In this document: positions 47,476 to 58,592 of the stretch, in pieces
How positions within the stretch are numbered: the stretch's first letter is position 1
How the letters are laid out: each line of letters starts with the position of its first letter
Source of the DNA: an uncultured Clostridia bacterium
Lineage (GTDB): Bacteria; Bacillota; Clostridia; Christensenellales; UBA1242
Reading direction: 5' to 3'
DNA length: 64,000 nucleotides
Assembly (NCBI GenBank): GCA_947591785.1
Contig: CANQDK010000003.1
Location: 51,868 to 115,867 of the forward strand
Translations under genes and position numbers: made by a program
The notes under the pieces: model-generated
What the model was told of the DNA's origin: nothing
What the model saw: only the letters and a program-made list of their open reading frames with translations
Databases searched by the model: none

Positions 47476-48226
47476 CGTCAGCCTCCAAGGTCAGAATTTC
47501 AATCCCACTTCTTGTAAACAACACTGTGTTCTCATAGTGAGCAGATGGCTTTCTATCACGTGTGATAATCCCCCATCCATCACTCAGCATACCAATTTCC
47601 TTCTTTCCTGCGTTAATCATAGGCTCAATCGCAAGCACAGCGTTTTCTGCGATAATTGGTCCATCTGTTTCTTTTCCATAATTTAAAACTGATGGTGCTT
47701 CGTGCATTTTTTTACCTATTCCATGTCCGCAAAGTTCTCGAACAACCGAAAATCCGTTTCCTTCTGCATGAGCTTGAATTGCGTGTGAAAGTTTTCCAAG
47801 TCTATCTCCAATTCTCACATTTTCAATACCTTTGAAAAAACATTCTTTTGTCACTCTCATAAGTTTTTGCTTTTCTTCACTCACACTGCCAACTGGATAG
47901 GTTCTTGCAGCATCTCCGTGATAGCCTTTATAAGCAACCACGATATCGACACTGACAATGTCGCCTTCTTTTAAAACAATGTCTTTACTTGGAATTCCAT
48001 GCACAACCATTTCATTGACTGAAATACAAGTTGCAGCGGGATATCCCTCATATCCAAGACACGCTGGCGAACCACCACTTTCTATTATAAACTTTTCCAA
48101 AGATTTGTCAAGGTCAAAAGTGGAAATTCCTGGACGAATAAGCGTTTTTGCAAACACAAGTGCATCGCGAGTAATTTCACAGGCTTTTTTGATTAACACA
48201 ATCTCTGCGGGTGTTTTTTGAATCAT
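47456..48226 (-). CDS. map: type I methionine aminopeptidase
   Basis: 256 aa. Metal-ligand pattern D..D..H..E..E (VSVDIV, GYHGD, CGHGIG, LAIEP, HYENT). Confidence 0.92.
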   Translation of the reverse strand: MIQKTPAEIVLIKKACEITRDALVFAKTLIRPGISTFDLDKSLEKFIIESGGSPACLGYEGYPAATCISVNEMVVHGIPSKDIVLKEGDIVSVDIVVAYKGYHGDAARTYPVGSVSEEKQKLMRVTKECFFKGIENVRIGDRLGKLSHAIQAHAEGNGFSVVRELCGHGIGKKMHEAPSVLNYGKETDGPIIAENAVLAIEPMINAGKKEIGMLSDGWGIITRDRKPSAHYENTVLFTRSGIEILTLEADDEHQNR

Positions 48227-48843
48227 ATTCTCCCCTTTAAAAAGTTTTTCACAGGCTTGTATGTTTCCTCTGGGTCCTTTTTATTCTTCACAACAAACAG
48301 CCTATCAGCGTAGAAGTTTATGAGTGGTGCAGTTTGTTTTTCATAAACTTCCAGACGATTATTAACTGATTCCAAATTATCGTCATCTCTTTGGAACAGT
48401 GGTGAACCACATTTTTGACATGTGTTTTTTTTGTAAGTCGCAGTGTTATAAATTTCACCACATTTAGAACATGTTCTGCGTCCCAAAGCCCTACGTCTGA
48501 TTTCATCAAACGGAACTTCCAAATTTATAACGGCATCTATTTTTGCCATATTTTCAAGTGCTTCAGCTTGAGAGATTGTTCTTGGAAAACCATCTAAAAT
48601 GATTCCTCTATCACAATCTTTTTCTTCAAGTCTGTTTTTTAGCATTCCAATAGTAATTTCATCTGGGACAAGTTCTCCTTTATCCATAAAACTTTTTGCA
48701 AGTTTTCCAAGTTTTGTCCCATTCTTAATATTTTCACGGAAAAGGTCACCTGTAGAAATTTGAACAAAATCGAAATCTGAAACAATTTTTCTTGCCATAG
48801 TGCCTTTTCCAGAAAATGGTGCACCAAGTAAAATGATATTCAT
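48223..48843 (-). CDS. adk: adenylate kinase (Cys4 zinc lid)
   Basis: 206 aa from the ATG after AAAGGAGA. P-loop GAPFSGKGT. Lid CSKCG..CQKCG. Confidence 0.92.
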   Translation of the reverse strand: MNIILLGAPFSGKGTMARKIVSDFDFVQISTGDLFRENIKNGTKLGKLAKSFMDKGELVPDEITIGMLKNRLEEKDCDRGIILDGFPRTISQAEALENMAKIDAVINLEVPFDEIRRRALGRRTCSKCGEIYNTATYKKNTCQKCGSPLFQRDDDNLESVNNRLEVYEKQTAPLINFYADRLFVVKNKKDPEETYKPVKNFLKGRI

Positions 48844-48935
48844 AATCAATCTCCTTTCACTTGTTGTTTATAAGCTTCTTCCACAATCTTCTTTGTAATA
48901 TCTAGATTTCAAATCTTGAATTTTAGCTATTGCTG

Positions 48936-50246
48936 TCAGTCAAGAAAGCCTTTATAGTTTCTCATAAGCATCTGAGCTTCAAGTCCTTTATCAAATTCGA
49001 GAGCAACAGAAACAATAATCATAAGCCCTGTTGTTGAGAAAGCATTTAAAAGACTTGCGAATGTTGTGTCATTTGGTATTGCCTTAAATCCCAAAGATGG
49101 AATAAGTGCAATAACAGCCAGGAACACCGCTCCGAAAAGAGTTATCCTTCTTGAAATTTTCTTTAAATAATCGCTTGTTGTTCTGCCGGGCCTTATTCCA
49201 GGAATAAAGCCACCTTGTTGTTGAAGTCTGCGTGAGATGTCGTCTGTGTCAAATGTGATTTGAGCATAGAAGAATGCAAACGCAAAAATCAAAACTGCAA
49301 GCACAACAATGTAAAGCCATGAATTTGTTCCCATATAGTTTTGATACCAAACAAGAGCTCCACTTTTTGGCCAGAAAATGCTCATAACAAGTTGTGGAAG
49401 TGTGATAAGAGATGTAGCAAAAATGATTGGCATAACTCCAGATGCATTTAATTTGATTGGAATGAAAGTGTCTTGTCCACCATACATCTTTCTGCCTTTA
49501 ATCTGTTTTGCATATTTCACACCAACACGCCTTTCAGCAGAATCAACAAAAACGATAAGCCCAAAAACGAATACCAATGCAACAAGATAGAGAAGGATTG
49601 TCCAAAGTCCATCAAGATTGCTTGATGTGATTGTTTTTGCAGCATTTGAGATACCATTTGTGGCAGATGACAAAATACCAACAAAAATCAAAAGGCTCAT
49701 TCCGTTTCCAATCCCAACTTGAGTGATTTTTTCACCAAGCCAAACCGTAAACATTCCACCAGCAGTCAAAATTAAAACAATTCCAACACAAATAATCCAA
49801 TGAGGGATATTCATATAGTTTGTGGCAACTTTATCTTGGAAACTTATAACAATACCAATTGCTTGTGCAAGAGCCAAAACGAGAGCACAAATTCGTGTGT
49901 AGAACTGAATTTTTCTTCTTCCGTCTTCACCTTGCTTTGAAAGCCTTTCAAGAGCAGGAATTGCCACGCACAAAAGTTGAATAACAATTGATGCAGTAAT
50001 ATATGGCGAAACACCAAGTGCCAAAATTGAACCATTTGAAAGTGCATCACCAGAGAGCAAGTTCATCAAAGAAAAGAACGAAATTCCAGAATTTCCTGCT
50101 TCAGCATTTGAGATTGCTCCCGCAAGGTCAAAACCTGGGCAAACAAGTGCACAGCCAATACGGAAAATAATCAAAAGTCCCAAAGTTATCAGGATTTTCT
50201 TTCTGAGTTCTTTAACCTTGAAAGCATTTATGAGAGTTTTAAACAT
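48936..50246 (-). CDS. secY: preprotein translocase subunit SecY
   Basis: 436 aa, 10 TM segments, in the conserved position after rplO. Confidence 0.93.
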   Translation of the reverse strand: MFKTLINAFKVKELRKKILITLGLLIIFRIGCALVCPGFDLAGAISNAEAGNSGISFFSLMNLLSGDALSNGSILALGVSPYITASIVIQLLCVAIPALERLSKQGEDGRRKIQFYTRICALVLALAQAIGIVISFQDKVATNYMNIPHWIICVGIVLILTAGGMFTVWLGEKITQVGIGNGMSLLIFVGILSSATNGISNAAKTITSSNLDGLWTILLYLVALVFVFGLIVFVDSAERRVGVKYAKQIKGRKMYGGQDTFIPIKLNASGVMPIIFATSLITLPQLVMSIFWPKSGALVWYQNYMGTNSWLYIVVLAVLIFAFAFFYAQITFDTDDISRRLQQQGGFIPGIRPGRTTSDYLKKISRRITLFGAVFLAVIALIPSLGFKAIPNDTTFASLLNAFSTTGLMIIVSVALEFDKGLEAQMLMRNYKGFLD

Positions 50247-50302
50247 AACATACTCCTGTTTCTAAAACATTTGCTTTAAAACGAATTAAGCAAAAGTGGA
50301 TT

Positions 50303-50749
50303 TCATTCCAAAATAATTTTTCCGCCTGCTTTTTCAATTTTTTCAATAGCAGACTTTGTTGCCTTTGCACAATGAATAGTGTAAGCTTTTGTAATTTCAC
50401 CATTACCAAGCAATTTCAAACCATAAGGTTGTCTTTTTCCAATAACTCTTGTTTCATACAAAAGTTCTTCAGTGATTTCAGCACCTGCTTCAAAAATTTC
50501 AAGGTTTCCAACATTTACAGTTGAATAAGCTTTTGCAAAATTTTTGTTGTTAAAACCGCGAATTGGAACTTTTCTAATAAAAGGAATATTTCCGCCTTCA
50601 AATCCAGCTTTAACTCCACCACCACTTCTAGCATTTTGGCCTTTATGTCCTTTTCCAGAAGTTTTGCCAATTCCAGAACCAATACCACGTCCGATTCTAA
50701 CTTTTTTTGTTTTTTCGCCAACTGCAGGTTTAAGATTTTCCATTTTCAT
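50303..50749 (-). CDS. rplO: 50S ribosomal protein L15
   Basis: 148 aa from the internal ATG after GAGGTGA. RIGRGIGSGIGKTSGKGHKGQ motif. Confidence 0.92.
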   Translation of the reverse strand: MKMENLKPAVGEKTKKVRIGRGIGSGIGKTSGKGHKGQNARSGGGVKAGFEGGNIPFIRKVPIRGFNNKNFAKAYSTVNVGNLEIFEAGAEITEELLYETRVIGKRQPYGLKLLGNGEITKAYTIHCAKATKSAIEKIEKAGGKIILE

Positions 50750-50759
50750 ATCAGTCACC

Positions 50760-50948
50760 TCACTCCTCAACCACTTCAACAAGGTGTGCAATGTGGTGTA
50801 AACTTCCACGAATAGCCTCGTTGTCTGGCAAAATTCTTGTTTGATTAAGTTTCTTAAATCCAAGTGCTTCAATAATCTTCATTTGGTTTTTATTGTAACC
50901 AATTGCACTGCGAACCCAAGTTACTTTAAGTTGTTTTTTCTCTTTCAT
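50760..50948 (-). CDS. rpmD: 50S ribosomal protein L30
   Basis: 62 aa from the ATG after GGAGGGTGA. LKVTWVRSAIG..Q motif. Confidence 0.9.
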   Translation of the reverse strand: MKEKKQLKVTWVRSAIGYNKNQMKIIEALGFKKLNQTRILPDNEAIRGSLHHIAHLVEVVEE

Positions 50949-50963
50949 TTTTTCACCCTCCAC

Positions 50964-51566
50964 TTAAATTTCCTCAGGTTTTTTGCCACGACGAGCGGCA
51001 ATTTCTTCCCTTGTTTTGAGTGTTGAAAGTCCATTCAAAGTTGCTTTAACAACATTGATAGCATTTGTCGAACCATGAATTTTTGTGACGATGTTTTTTA
51101 CGCCAGCAACTTCCAAAACCGCTCTGGCAGCACCACCAGCAATAACTCCATGTCCTTGTTCAGCAGGCATCATCAAAATGTTTGTTGTGCCAAACTTTCC
51201 TGTTGTCTGATGAGGAATTGAACCTTCAACAAGAGAAATTTTCTTCATAGCTTTCTTTGCTGCAACTGTTGCTTTGTCAATTGCAATTGGAACTTCGCTT
51301 GCTTTTCCAATTCCCATTCCAACGCTTCCTTTTCCATCGCCAACAACAACAAGAGCAGAAAATCTGAGTGTTCGTCCACCTTTTACAACCTTTGTAACAC
51401 GGCGAACAGACACCATTCTCTTATCAAGTCCATCGTCTTCTTTTTTTGCAGGACGTTCACGATCACGACGGCCTTCTCTACGTCCTTGATTTTTTCCTTC
51501 ACGAGTCCCTTTTGTTTCATTGTTTTCACGAGAAACAGGTTCTTTCTTTTCAATTTCTTCAGCCAT
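50964..51566 (-). CDS. rpsE: 30S ribosomal protein S5 (with a ~35-aa charged N-terminal extension)
   Basis: 200 aa. VVKGGR..RF.ALVVVGDG.G.VG.G.GKA core. Confidence 0.92.
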   Translation of the reverse strand: MAEEIEKKEPVSRENNETKGTREGKNQGRREGRRDRERPAKKEDDGLDKRMVSVRRVTKVVKGGRTLRFSALVVVGDGKGSVGMGIGKASEVPIAIDKATVAAKKAMKKISLVEGSIPHQTTGKFGTTNILMMPAEQGHGVIAGGAARAVLEVAGVKNIVTKIHGSTNAINVVKATLNGLSTLKTREEIAARRGKKPEEI

Positions 51567-51575
51567 ATTGTCCTC

Positions 51576-51944
51576 CTAAAATTTCAGTCCAGATGCTCTC
51601 GCACCATCTGCCAATGCTTGAACTCGTCCAGTGTAGAGATAACCACCTCTGTCAAAAACGACCTCTTTAATTTTCTTTTCAACCGCTCTTTTTCCAACGA
51701 TTTCACCAACAATTTTTGCTGCTTCAGTCTTTGTTTTTCCTGCGATTTGTGATGCAATTTCTTTCTCACGAGTAGAAGCAGAAAGAAGTGTCACACCTTT
51801 GACATCATCAATCACTTGAACATAAATGTTCTGCAAACTGCGTGTCACACAGAGTCTTGGTCTTTCAGCAGTTCCGCTGACAGTTTTTCTAACTCTTTTA
51901 TGACGGATTTGTCTTTCCTGATTTTTGTCCTTAACATTAATCAT
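51576..51944 (-). CDS. rplR: 50S ribosomal protein L18
   Basis: 122 aa. [18 protein letters not shown] and FDRGGY.Y.GRV.ALADGAR motifs. Confidence 0.93.
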   Translation of the reverse strand: MINVKDKNQERQIRHKRVRKTVSGTAERPRLCVTRSLQNIYVQVIDDVKGVTLLSASTREKEIASQIAGKTKTEAAKIVGEIVGKRAVEKKIKEVVFDRGGYLYTGRVQALADGARASGLKF

Positions 51945-51961
51945 AAATCATTCCTCCAATC

Positions 51962-52504
51962 TTACTTCTTGCCCTTACCTGCAGCTTTGCCGACTTTTCT
52001 CACAAGGTGAGTGCCGTCAATGTGCACACCATATCCGTGATATGGTTCATAAGGTCTTTTTGAGATGATTTTTGCACAGAATTGTCCGACTTTTTCTTTA
52101 TCTATGCCTGAAACAACCACTTCTGTTGGTTGAGCACAAGCAACTTTCAATCCTTCTGGGATTTCAACTTCCACTTGGTGAGAATAGCCAAGGTTCATCA
52201 CAAGTTTATTTCCTGAAACTTGTGCTTTCCAGCCAACACCAGCGATGATAAGTTTTTTATCCCAACCTTTTGTCACTCCAATAACCATATTATTTACGAG
52301 TGCACGTGCAAGCCCTTGTTTTGCGTTTAATTCTTCATTTTCATAAGTAAAATGAAGTTCTCCGTCTTTAATTTCAGTCTTAATATTTTTATCAATAGTG
52401 TGTTTCAGAGTTCCTTTAGGGCCTGTTACTGTCACTTCTTCGCCATTACGTTCAAAAGTAACGCCAGCTTCAAGTTTAATTGGTTTATTTCCTATTCTTG
52501 ACAT
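51962..52504 (-). CDS. rplF: 50S ribosomal protein L6
   Basis: 180 aa from the internal ATG (MSRIGNKPIKL). Confidence 0.92.
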   Translation of the reverse strand: MSRIGNKPIKLEAGVTFERNGEEVTVTGPKGTLKHTIDKNIKTEIKDGELHFTYENEELNAKQGLARALVNNMVIGVTKGWDKKLIIAGVGWKAQVSGNKLVMNLGYSHQVEVEIPEGLKVACAQPTEVVVSGIDKEKVGQFCAKIISKRPYEPYHGYGVHIDGTHLVRKVGKAAGKGKK

Positions 52505-52514
52505 AACGCCCTCC

Positions 52515-52913
52515 TTACCACACATAAGCCAGAACTTCACCACCAACACCCAAATTTCTTGCAACTTTATCTGTCACAATTCCTTTGTTTGTTGAAATGA
52601 TGGCAATTCCAAGCCCACTGATAACTTTTGGAAGGTTTTCTTTTTGAGAGTAAATTCTAAGCCCTGGCTTTGAAATTCTCTTCAAGCCTTGAATAACGCT
52701 TTGCCCATCTTCATCATATTTGATTGTGATGTCAATGTTCTTGAATTTTCCAGCGTCAACAAGTTTGTATTCTTGAATGTAGCCTTCTTCCAAAAGAATT
52801 TTTGCAATTTCGACTTTTTCTCTTGATGCAGGAACTTCCACATTCTTGTGTTTTGCCGAGATAGCATTTCTCAAGCGTGTGAGCATATCTGCGATTGGGT
52901 CTGTTGTAAACAT
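52515..52913 (-). CDS. rpsH: 30S ribosomal protein S8
   Basis: 132 aa. [14 protein letters not shown] start. Confidence 0.93.
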   Translation of the reverse strand: MFTTDPIADMLTRLRNAISAKHKNVEVPASREKVEIAKILLEEGYIQEYKLVDAGKFKNIDITIKYDEDGQSVIQGLKRISKPGLRIYSQKENLPKVISGLGIAIISTNKGIVTDKVARNLGVGGEVLAYVW

Positions 52914-52926
52914 AATCTTCCCCTCC

Positions 52927-53112
52927 TTACCAACTTGACTTTTTCACGCCAGGGATTTCCCCGCGATTAGCCATTTCTCTAAAACAAATTCTGCAAATTC
53001 CATACTTTCTCAACACAGCATGTGGTCTTCCACAGATGGAGCAACGAGTGTATGCTCTTGATTTATATTTTGGTTCTCTTTTTTGTTTTGCAATTAAAGA
53101 TTTCTTTGCCAT
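52927..53112 (-). CDS. rpsN: 30S ribosomal protein S14 type Z (zinc-binding short form)
   Basis: 61 aa. CSICGRP..C motif and RICFRE. Confidence 0.93.
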   Translation of the reverse strand: MAKKSLIAKQKREPKYKSRAYTRCSICGRPHAVLRKYGICRICFREMANRGEIPGVKKSSW

Positions 53113-53123
53113 TTGTTTTCTCC

Positions 53124-53672
53124 TTATCTAGCGAAAGGCAATCCAAGTGCCTTCAAGAGTGCTTTTGCCTCTGCATCAGTTTTTGCAGTGGTGATGAATG
53201 AAATGTCCAAGCCTCTGATTTTTTCGACTTTATCATAAGAGATTTCAGGGAAAATCAACTGTTCTTTAATACCCATAGAATAGTTTCCTCTCCCATCAAA
53301 CGATTTGTCACTAATTCCGCGGAAGTCACGAACTCTTGGAAGAGCGATTGCTGTCAATCTATCAAAGAATTCATACATTCTTGTTCCACGAAGAGTAACT
53401 TTTGCACCAATTTTCATTCCTGCTCTAACTTTAAAGTTTGAAATAGCTTTCTTAGCCTTTGTTGTGACAGGCTTTTGTCCAGAAATGAGAGCAAGTTCGT
53501 CAACGGCAATATTAAAACTTTTACTATTGTCTTTAACATCACCAAGTCCCATATTAAGAACAATCTTGACAAGTTTTGGCACTTCATTGATGTTTTTATA
53601 TCCAAACTGTTTCACAAGTTCTGGAACGATTTCTTCTTTATATCTCTTTGCTGTTTGATTTTGTTCTTTCAT
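53124..53672 (-). CDS. rplE: 50S ribosomal protein L5
   Basis: 182 aa, in the conserved spc-operon position. Confidence 0.93.
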   Translation of the reverse strand: MKEQNQTAKRYKEEIVPELVKQFGYKNINEVPKLVKIVLNMGLGDVKDNSKSFNIAVDELALISGQKPVTTKAKKAISNFKVRAGMKIGAKVTLRGTRMYEFFDRLTAIALPRVRDFRGISDKSFDGRGNYSMGIKEQLIFPEISYDKVEKIRGLDISFITTAKTDAEAKALLKALGLPFAR

Positions 53673-53684
53673 TCCTTCCCACCT

Positions 53685-54173
53685 TTATGCTTTTTTGCCA
53701 GATGTTTTCGACTTTTGAGTTGTGGAGGCTTTGTCCTCCTTGTTTGAAGCTGTAACAGATTTTACATCAGCTTTCTTTTCTGCTTTCACAGAAGCTTTAT
53801 TTTCTTTTGCTTCTGCTTTTTCAGATTTTTTTGCATCTTTTTTAGTTGTTTTCACATATTCTTTATCCAAAGAAACTCCACATTTGCAAACGCGAACTTT
53901 CTTTCCATTGACATCTTTGTGATGAACTCTTGTTGCTTTTCCACAACTTGGGCAAACAACCATAACATTTGATGCATTGATTGGAGCACTTTTCTTTACG
54001 ATTGCACTCTTTTCTTGTTGATTTCTTGCTTTTTGGTGCTTTGAAACAATGTTTATTCCGTCAACCAAAACGCGATTTTCTTCTGGGAACACTTCCAAAA
54101 CTTTGCCAGTTTTTCCCTTTTCTTTTCCTGTGATAACAACAACATTGTCACCTTTTTTTATTGTCATGCTCAT
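53685..54173 (-). CDS. rplX: 50S ribosomal protein L24 (Cys4 variant with a ~55-aa Lys/Ala/Ser-rich C-terminal tail)
   Basis: 162 aa. KOW N-terminus IKKGDNVVVITGKEKGKTGKV, then CPSCG-x16-CKC, then a basic tail. Confidence 0.9.
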   Translation of the reverse strand: MSMTIKKGDNVVVITGKEKGKTGKVLEVFPEENRVLVDGINIVSKHQKARNQQEKSAIVKKSAPINASNVMVVCPSCGKATRVHHKDVNGKKVRVCKCGVSLDKEYVKTTKKDAKKSEKAEAKENKASVKAEKKADVKSVTASNKEDKASTTQKSKTSGKKA

Positions 54174-54185
54174 CGTTCGTCCTCC

Positions 54186-54554
54186 TTAAATAACCTCTGG
54201 TGCAAGGGAAATAATTTTCATATAGCCCTTGTCACGAAGTTCTCTTGCAATAGGCCCAAACACACGAGTGCCTTTTGGCTGTTTTTGATTGTCAATAATC
54301 ACAGCGGCATTGTCGTCAAAGCGGATATGAGAACCGTCAGCACGATTCAAACCTTTTGTTGTGCGAACAACAACGGCTTTAACAACATCACCTTTCTTTA
54401 CGCTTCCACCAGGGATTGCCTTTTTAACAGAAGCAACAATAATGTCACCAATATTTCCACTTCTTCTAAAAGAGCCACCCAAAACTCTGATACACATAAT
54501 TTCTTTTGCACCAGTGTTGTCAGCAACTTTAAGTCTTGTTTGAGGTTGTACCAT
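54186..54554 (-). CDS. rplN: 50S ribosomal protein L14
   Basis: 122 aa. [18 protein letters not shown] start. Confidence 0.94.
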   Translation of the reverse strand: MVQPQTRLKVADNTGAKEIMCIRVLGGSFRRSGNIGDIIVASVKKAIPGGSVKKGDVVKAVVVRTTKGLNRADGSHIRFDDNAAVIIDNQKQPKGTRVFGPIARELRDKGYMKIISLAPEVI

Positions 54555-54566
54555 AATCCACTCTCC

Positions 54567-54824
54567 TTATTTGGCCTTTTCAACGATTTTAACAACTCTG
54601 TGGTATTTATCTTTTGAAAGTGAACGGGTTTCCATAATGAGAACTGTATCACCAATTCCGCAGATGTTTTCTTCGTCATGTGCCTTAAATTTTTTGGTTC
54701 TTTTAACGACTTTTCCAATTTTTGGAGCTTTAACCATATAGGTTACTGCAACAACGACGGTTTTGTCCATCTTGCCTGCACTCACAACAACACCTTGTCT
54801 TGTGTTTCGATTATTTCGTTCCAT
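54567..54824 (-). CDS. rpsQ: 30S ribosomal protein S17
   Basis: 85 aa from the internal ATG ([20 protein letters not shown]). Confidence 0.92.
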   Translation of the reverse strand: MERNNRNTRQGVVVSAGKMDKTVVVAVTYMVKAPKIGKVVKRTKKFKAHDEENICGIGDTVLIMETRSLSKDKYHRVVKIVEKAK

Positions 54825-55023
54825 CGTTGTTTCCTCCGTTTGATTTTTCTTTGATTGCAGTTTGAACTCTTGCAATATCTTTTCTAACATTTCTTATAGC
54901 AAGTGGGTTTGAAAGATTGCGAGTTGCATGTGAAAAACGAAGATTGAAAAGTTCGTTTTTAAGCTCTTTAAGTTTAGCATTCAACTGCTGTAGGTTTAAA
55001 GTTTTAATTTCTTCATTCTTCAT
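54811..55023 (-). CDS. rpmC: 50S ribosomal protein L29
   Basis: 70 aa from the internal [16 protein letters not shown] motif. Confidence 0.9.
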   Translation of the reverse strand: MKNEEIKTLNLQQLNAKLKELKNELFNLRFSHATRNLSNPLAIRNVRKDIARVQTAIKEKSNGGNNDGTK

Positions 55024-55453
55024 TGCTCTCACCACCTTCTGCAACTTCCTCTTTCTTTATGAACTTGGTTTTGCAAGGAAGTTTGTGTCCAGCAAGACGA
55101 AGTGCCTCGCGTGCAATTTCTTCCGTTACGCCTTCAATTTCAAAAAGAACTCGACCAGGTTTTACAACTGCCACCCAGAATTCTGGATTTCCTTTACCTG
55201 AACCCATACGAGTTTCAGCAGGTTTCTTTGTGACAGGTTTATCTGGAAAAATCTTAATCCAAACCTTTCCACCACGTTTGATATAACGTGTAAGTGCAAT
55301 ACGAGCAGCTTCGATTTGGTTTGATTTTATCCAACAAGGTTCGCATGCGACAATTCCAAAAGTTCCGTAAGCAAGAGTGTTTCCTCTTGTTGCCTTTCCT
55401 GTCATACGTCCACGCATAACCTTTCTTCTTTTAACTCTTTTAGGCATTAACAT
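55013..55453 (-). CDS. rplP: 50S ribosomal protein L16
   Basis: 146 aa. [11 protein letters not shown] start. Confidence 0.94.
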   Translation of the reverse strand: MLMPKRVKRRKVMRGRMTGKATRGNTLAYGTFGIVACEPCWIKSNQIEAARIALTRYIKRGGKVWIKIFPDKPVTKKPAETRMGSGKGNPEFWVAVVKPGRVLFEIEGVTEEIAREALRLAGHKLPCKTKFIKKEEVAEGGESNEE

Positions 55454-56117
55454 CGTTCTTGTCCTCCTTTATAGGATTTTTAGACAGAATTTCGCCTTTG
55501 TAAATCCAACATTTGATTCCAAGTTTGCCATAGTTTGTGTATGCGGCTGTTTCACAATAATCAATGTCAGCACGGAGAGTGTGAAGTGGAAGAGAACCTT
55601 CCATATATTTCTCAGTTCTGCCAATTGTGTTTGCACCGTCAATAACACCACTAACTTGCACCTTGCAACCTTTTGCTCCTGCCTTCATAACTTTTTGCAA
55701 AGAAGATTTAAGAGCTCTTCTCCAAGCGATACGCTTTTCAAGTTGTTGAGCAATACCTTCTGCAACAAGTCTTGCATCAAGATCAGGTTTCTTGACTTCT
55801 TTCACATTCAAAACAAGGCTTTTTACTGGCCTAATAATTTTGTTTATGTCCTTTTTGATTTGTTCAATTCCAGCACCTTTTTGGCCAATAATCATTCCAG
55901 GTTTTCCTGTGAAGATGTCAATTTCCAATTTGTTTTCTGTTCTTTTAATTTCAACTTTTGAAATTCCAGAGTTTGCTTGCTTTTTATTGAAGTATTCACG
56001 AATATCGTAATCTTCTTTCAAATTATCGGCAAAATCTCCCTTTTTGGCAAACCAAGTTGACTGCCAACCTTTGTTGATTCCAATTCTAAGTCCGTATGGA
56101 TTAACTTTTTGCCCCAT
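55440..56117 (-). CDS. rpsC: 30S ribosomal protein S3
   Basis: 225 aa. [13 protein letters not shown] start and a KH domain. Confidence 0.94.
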   Translation of the reverse strand: MGQKVNPYGLRIGINKGWQSTWFAKKGDFADNLKEDYDIREYFNKKQANSGISKVEIKRTENKLEIDIFTGKPGMIIGQKGAGIEQIKKDINKIIRPVKSLVLNVKEVKKPDLDARLVAEGIAQQLEKRIAWRRALKSSLQKVMKAGAKGCKVQVSGVIDGANTIGRTEKYMEGSLPLHTLRADIDYCETAAYTNYGKLGIKCWIYKGEILSKNPIKEDKNDVNA

Positions 56118-56515
56118 TATTTTGCCTCCTTCAACTCGTCAAGAATAATTGTGATATGACAAGTTCTTTTCAAAACTCTGTTATCAACGCGTCCGCGTCC
56201 TCTAAATTTCACACGACGCATCATTGAGCCGCCATTAGAAAAACATTCTGCAACATACAAATTATCAGCGGAAAGTCCTTTATTGTTTTCTGCATTTGCA
56301 ATTGCACTTTTCAAAACTTTCAAAGCTTCTGCTGCACCAGTTTGTGGCAAATATGTCAGAATTGCAACTGCATCATTCACTTTCTTTCCACGAATTTCAT
56401 CTAAAACAATTCTAACTTTAGATGAACTCATTCTAACACCTCTTGCAATTGCGTAAGGACGTTTGTCAGCATTTGCCAATCTTTTTTCTGCTTTTTGTCT
56501 AATTCTTGTAGCCAT
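56117..56515 (-). CDS. rplV: 50S ribosomal protein L22
   Basis: 132 aa, in the conserved S10-operon position. Confidence 0.92.
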   Translation of the reverse strand: MATRIRQKAEKRLANADKRPYAIARGVRMSSSKVRIVLDEIRGKKVNDAVAILTYLPQTGAAEALKVLKSAIANAENNKGLSADNLYVAECFSNGGSMMRRVKFRGRGRVDNRVLKRTCHITIILDELKEAK

Positions 56516-56523
56516 AATTCACC

Positions 56524-56802
56524 TCATTTCACTTTTGCCGCTTGCTTTTGGCCAGCGTGTCCTTTGAAGGTTCTTGTGAGTGAAAACTCGCCAAGTTTGT
56601 GACCAACCATGTCAGCTGTCACATAAACAGGAATGTGTTTTTTGCCGTTGTGAACAGCAAATGTGAAGCCAACAAATTCTGGATAGATGGTTGAGCATCT
56701 TGACCATGTTTTGATAGGTTTTTTAACGCCACTTTCTGTCATTTGTTCAACTTTTTTCATAAGTTGTGGACTTACATATGGCTTTTTCTTTTCTTTACTC
56801 AT
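56524..56802 (-). CDS. rpsS: 30S ribosomal protein S19
   Basis: 92 aa. [26 protein letters not shown] motif. Confidence 0.94.
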   Translation of the reverse strand: MSKEKKKPYVSPQLMKKVEQMTESGVKKPIKTWSRCSTIYPEFVGFTFAVHNGKKHIPVYVTADMVGHKLGEFSLTRTFKGHAGQKQAAKVK

Positions 56803-56813
56803 TTTTCGGCCTC

Positions 56814-57641
56814 CTAGTTCACTCTCTTAACCATCAAGCGGTTAGATTTGTTTTTCTTCTTTCTAGTCTTAAGTCCAAGTGCTGGCTTGCCCCAAGGTGT
56901 TTGTGGAGATGCCATACCAACTGGGCTCTTACCTTCACCACCGCCGTGTGGGTGGTCATTAGGGTTCATAACAACACCACGAACAGATGGACGAATTCCC
57001 ATGTGTCTTGATCTTCCTGCTTTTCCGAGAGATACAAGTTCATGATCAATGTTACCAACAGTTCCAATTGTTGCTCTGCAAACAAGCAAAACTTTTCTCA
57101 TTTCACCTGATGGCAGACGAAGTGTTGCATACTTACCTTCTTTTGCAACCAACTGAATTTCAGCACCAGCTGCACGTCCAAGTTGTCCACCCTTTTTAGG
57201 TTCAAGTTCGATATTGTGAATCAGTGAACCTACAGGAATGTCTGAAAGTGGTAAGTTGTTTCCAATCTTAATTTCAACTCCGCTTCCACTGCAAACAATG
57301 TCACCAACTTTAAGTCCAACAGGTGCAATGATATATCTTTTTTCTCCATCTTTATATGAAAGGAGTGCAATATATGCAGTGCGATTTGGGTCATATTCAA
57401 TTGCAGTAACTTTTGCAGGCACGCCATCTTTATTACGTTTAAAATCGATAATACGATATTTCTTTCTGTTTCCACCACCGTGATGACGAACGGTAAGTTT
57501 TCCTTGATTATTTCTTCCGCCGTGTTTTGGTTTAACAGCAAGAAGGGATTTTTCAGGTTCTTTTTTTGTCAATTCTTCGGTGGAAAGTTTGGAATAAAAT
57601 CTTCTTCCTGCCGAAGTTGGATTACTTTTTACAATAGCCAT
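56814..57641 (-). CDS. rplB: 50S ribosomal protein L2
   Basis: 275 aa. [14 protein letters not shown] motif. Confidence 0.95.
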   Translation of the reverse strand: MAIVKSNPTSAGRRFYSKLSTEELTKKEPEKSLLAVKPKHGGRNNQGKLTVRHHGGGNRKKYRIIDFKRNKDGVPAKVTAIEYDPNRTAYIALLSYKDGEKRYIIAPVGLKVGDIVCSGSGVEIKIGNNLPLSDIPVGSLIHNIELEPKKGGQLGRAAGAEIQLVAKEGKYATLRLPSGEMRKVLLVCRATIGTVGNIDHELVSLGKAGRSRHMGIRPSVRGVVMNPNDHPHGGGEGKSPVGMASPQTPWGKPALGLKTRKKKNKSNRLMVKRVN

Positions 57642-57655
57642 TTTCTTCCTCCACC

Positions 57656-57958
57656 TTATGACAGACTTTCAAAGAACGCGATTGGTTTTGACTTTTCAGT
57701 CAATGTGACAACTGCCTTTTTATAGTCACTTGTTCTGCCTTCCGTTCTTCCCTGTCTTGTGTTTTGAGATTTTTTATGTCCTTTCATAACAAGGGTGTTA
57801 ACCTTTGCCACTTCAACATTAAAAAGTGTTTCAACTGCACGAGCGATTTCAATTTTGTTTGCATTCTTTGCAACAATGAAACTGTAAACCTTGTTTTGAA
57901 TTCCGCTGTAACTCTTTTCTGTGAGAAGTGGTTTAATGATAATTTCGCTTGCTTCCAT
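57656..57958 (-). CDS. rplW: 50S ribosomal protein L23
   Basis: 100 aa. [10 protein letters not shown] start. Confidence 0.92.
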   Translation of the reverse strand: MEASEIIIKPLLTEKSYSGIQNKVYSFIVAKNANKIEIARAVETLFNVEVAKVNTLVMKGHKKSQNTRQGRTEGRTSDYKKAVVTLTEKSKPIAFFESLS

Positions 57959-58581
57959 TATTCTGCTTCCTCCTCTAAGTATTTAATTGCTTCTTGTGTT
58001 AAAACAAGGTTTTTGTTTGCAACAACATCATAAGTGTTTAAAAGTTCAACATTTACAACGTTCAAATTTTCAATGTTGTTTGTTGCTTTAAGAACTGCAT
58101 CACTATTTTGAGCACTTACAACCAAAACAGAACCAACAAATTTAAATGCATTCAAGAATTTCTGAGCATCTTTTGTTTTTGCAGATGCAATTTCAAATTT
58201 GTCAAGAACTGTCACCTGATTGTCAGCAAGTTTTGCTGAAAGTGCAGAAATAAGAGCACCGTGTTTTTTAACTCTGTTGACTTTCTTTGAAAAGTCACGT
58301 GGCTTTGGAGCAAACACAACCCCACCACCTCTATATTGTGGGCCTTTTGTTGAGCCTTGTCTTGCATTGCCTGTTCCTTTTTGTCTGTATGGCTTTGCAG
58401 AGTGTCCACGAACTTCACTTCTTGTGAGAGTGCTTTTGTTTCCTTGACGCTGATTTGCATTGTATGCAACAACAACTTCGTGGATAAGTGGCTCGTTATA
58501 TTCCACACCAAAGATTTCATCACTCAAGTTTTGAGTTCCAATCTCTTCGGCCTGCATATTATAAACTTTAACCTTTGCCAT
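57958..58581 (-). CDS. rplD: 50S ribosomal protein L4
   Basis: 207 aa. [15 protein letters not shown] motif. Confidence 0.94.
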   Translation of the reverse strand: MAKVKVYNMQAEEIGTQNLSDEIFGVEYNEPLIHEVVVAYNANQRQGNKSTLTRSEVRGHSAKPYRQKGTGNARQGSTKGPQYRGGGVVFAPKPRDFSKKVNRVKKHGALISALSAKLADNQVTVLDKFEIASAKTKDAQKFLNAFKFVGSVLVVSAQNSDAVLKATNNIENLNVVNVELLNTYDVVANKNLVLTQEAIKYLEEEAE

Positions 58582-58592
58582 TTCCTTCTCCT

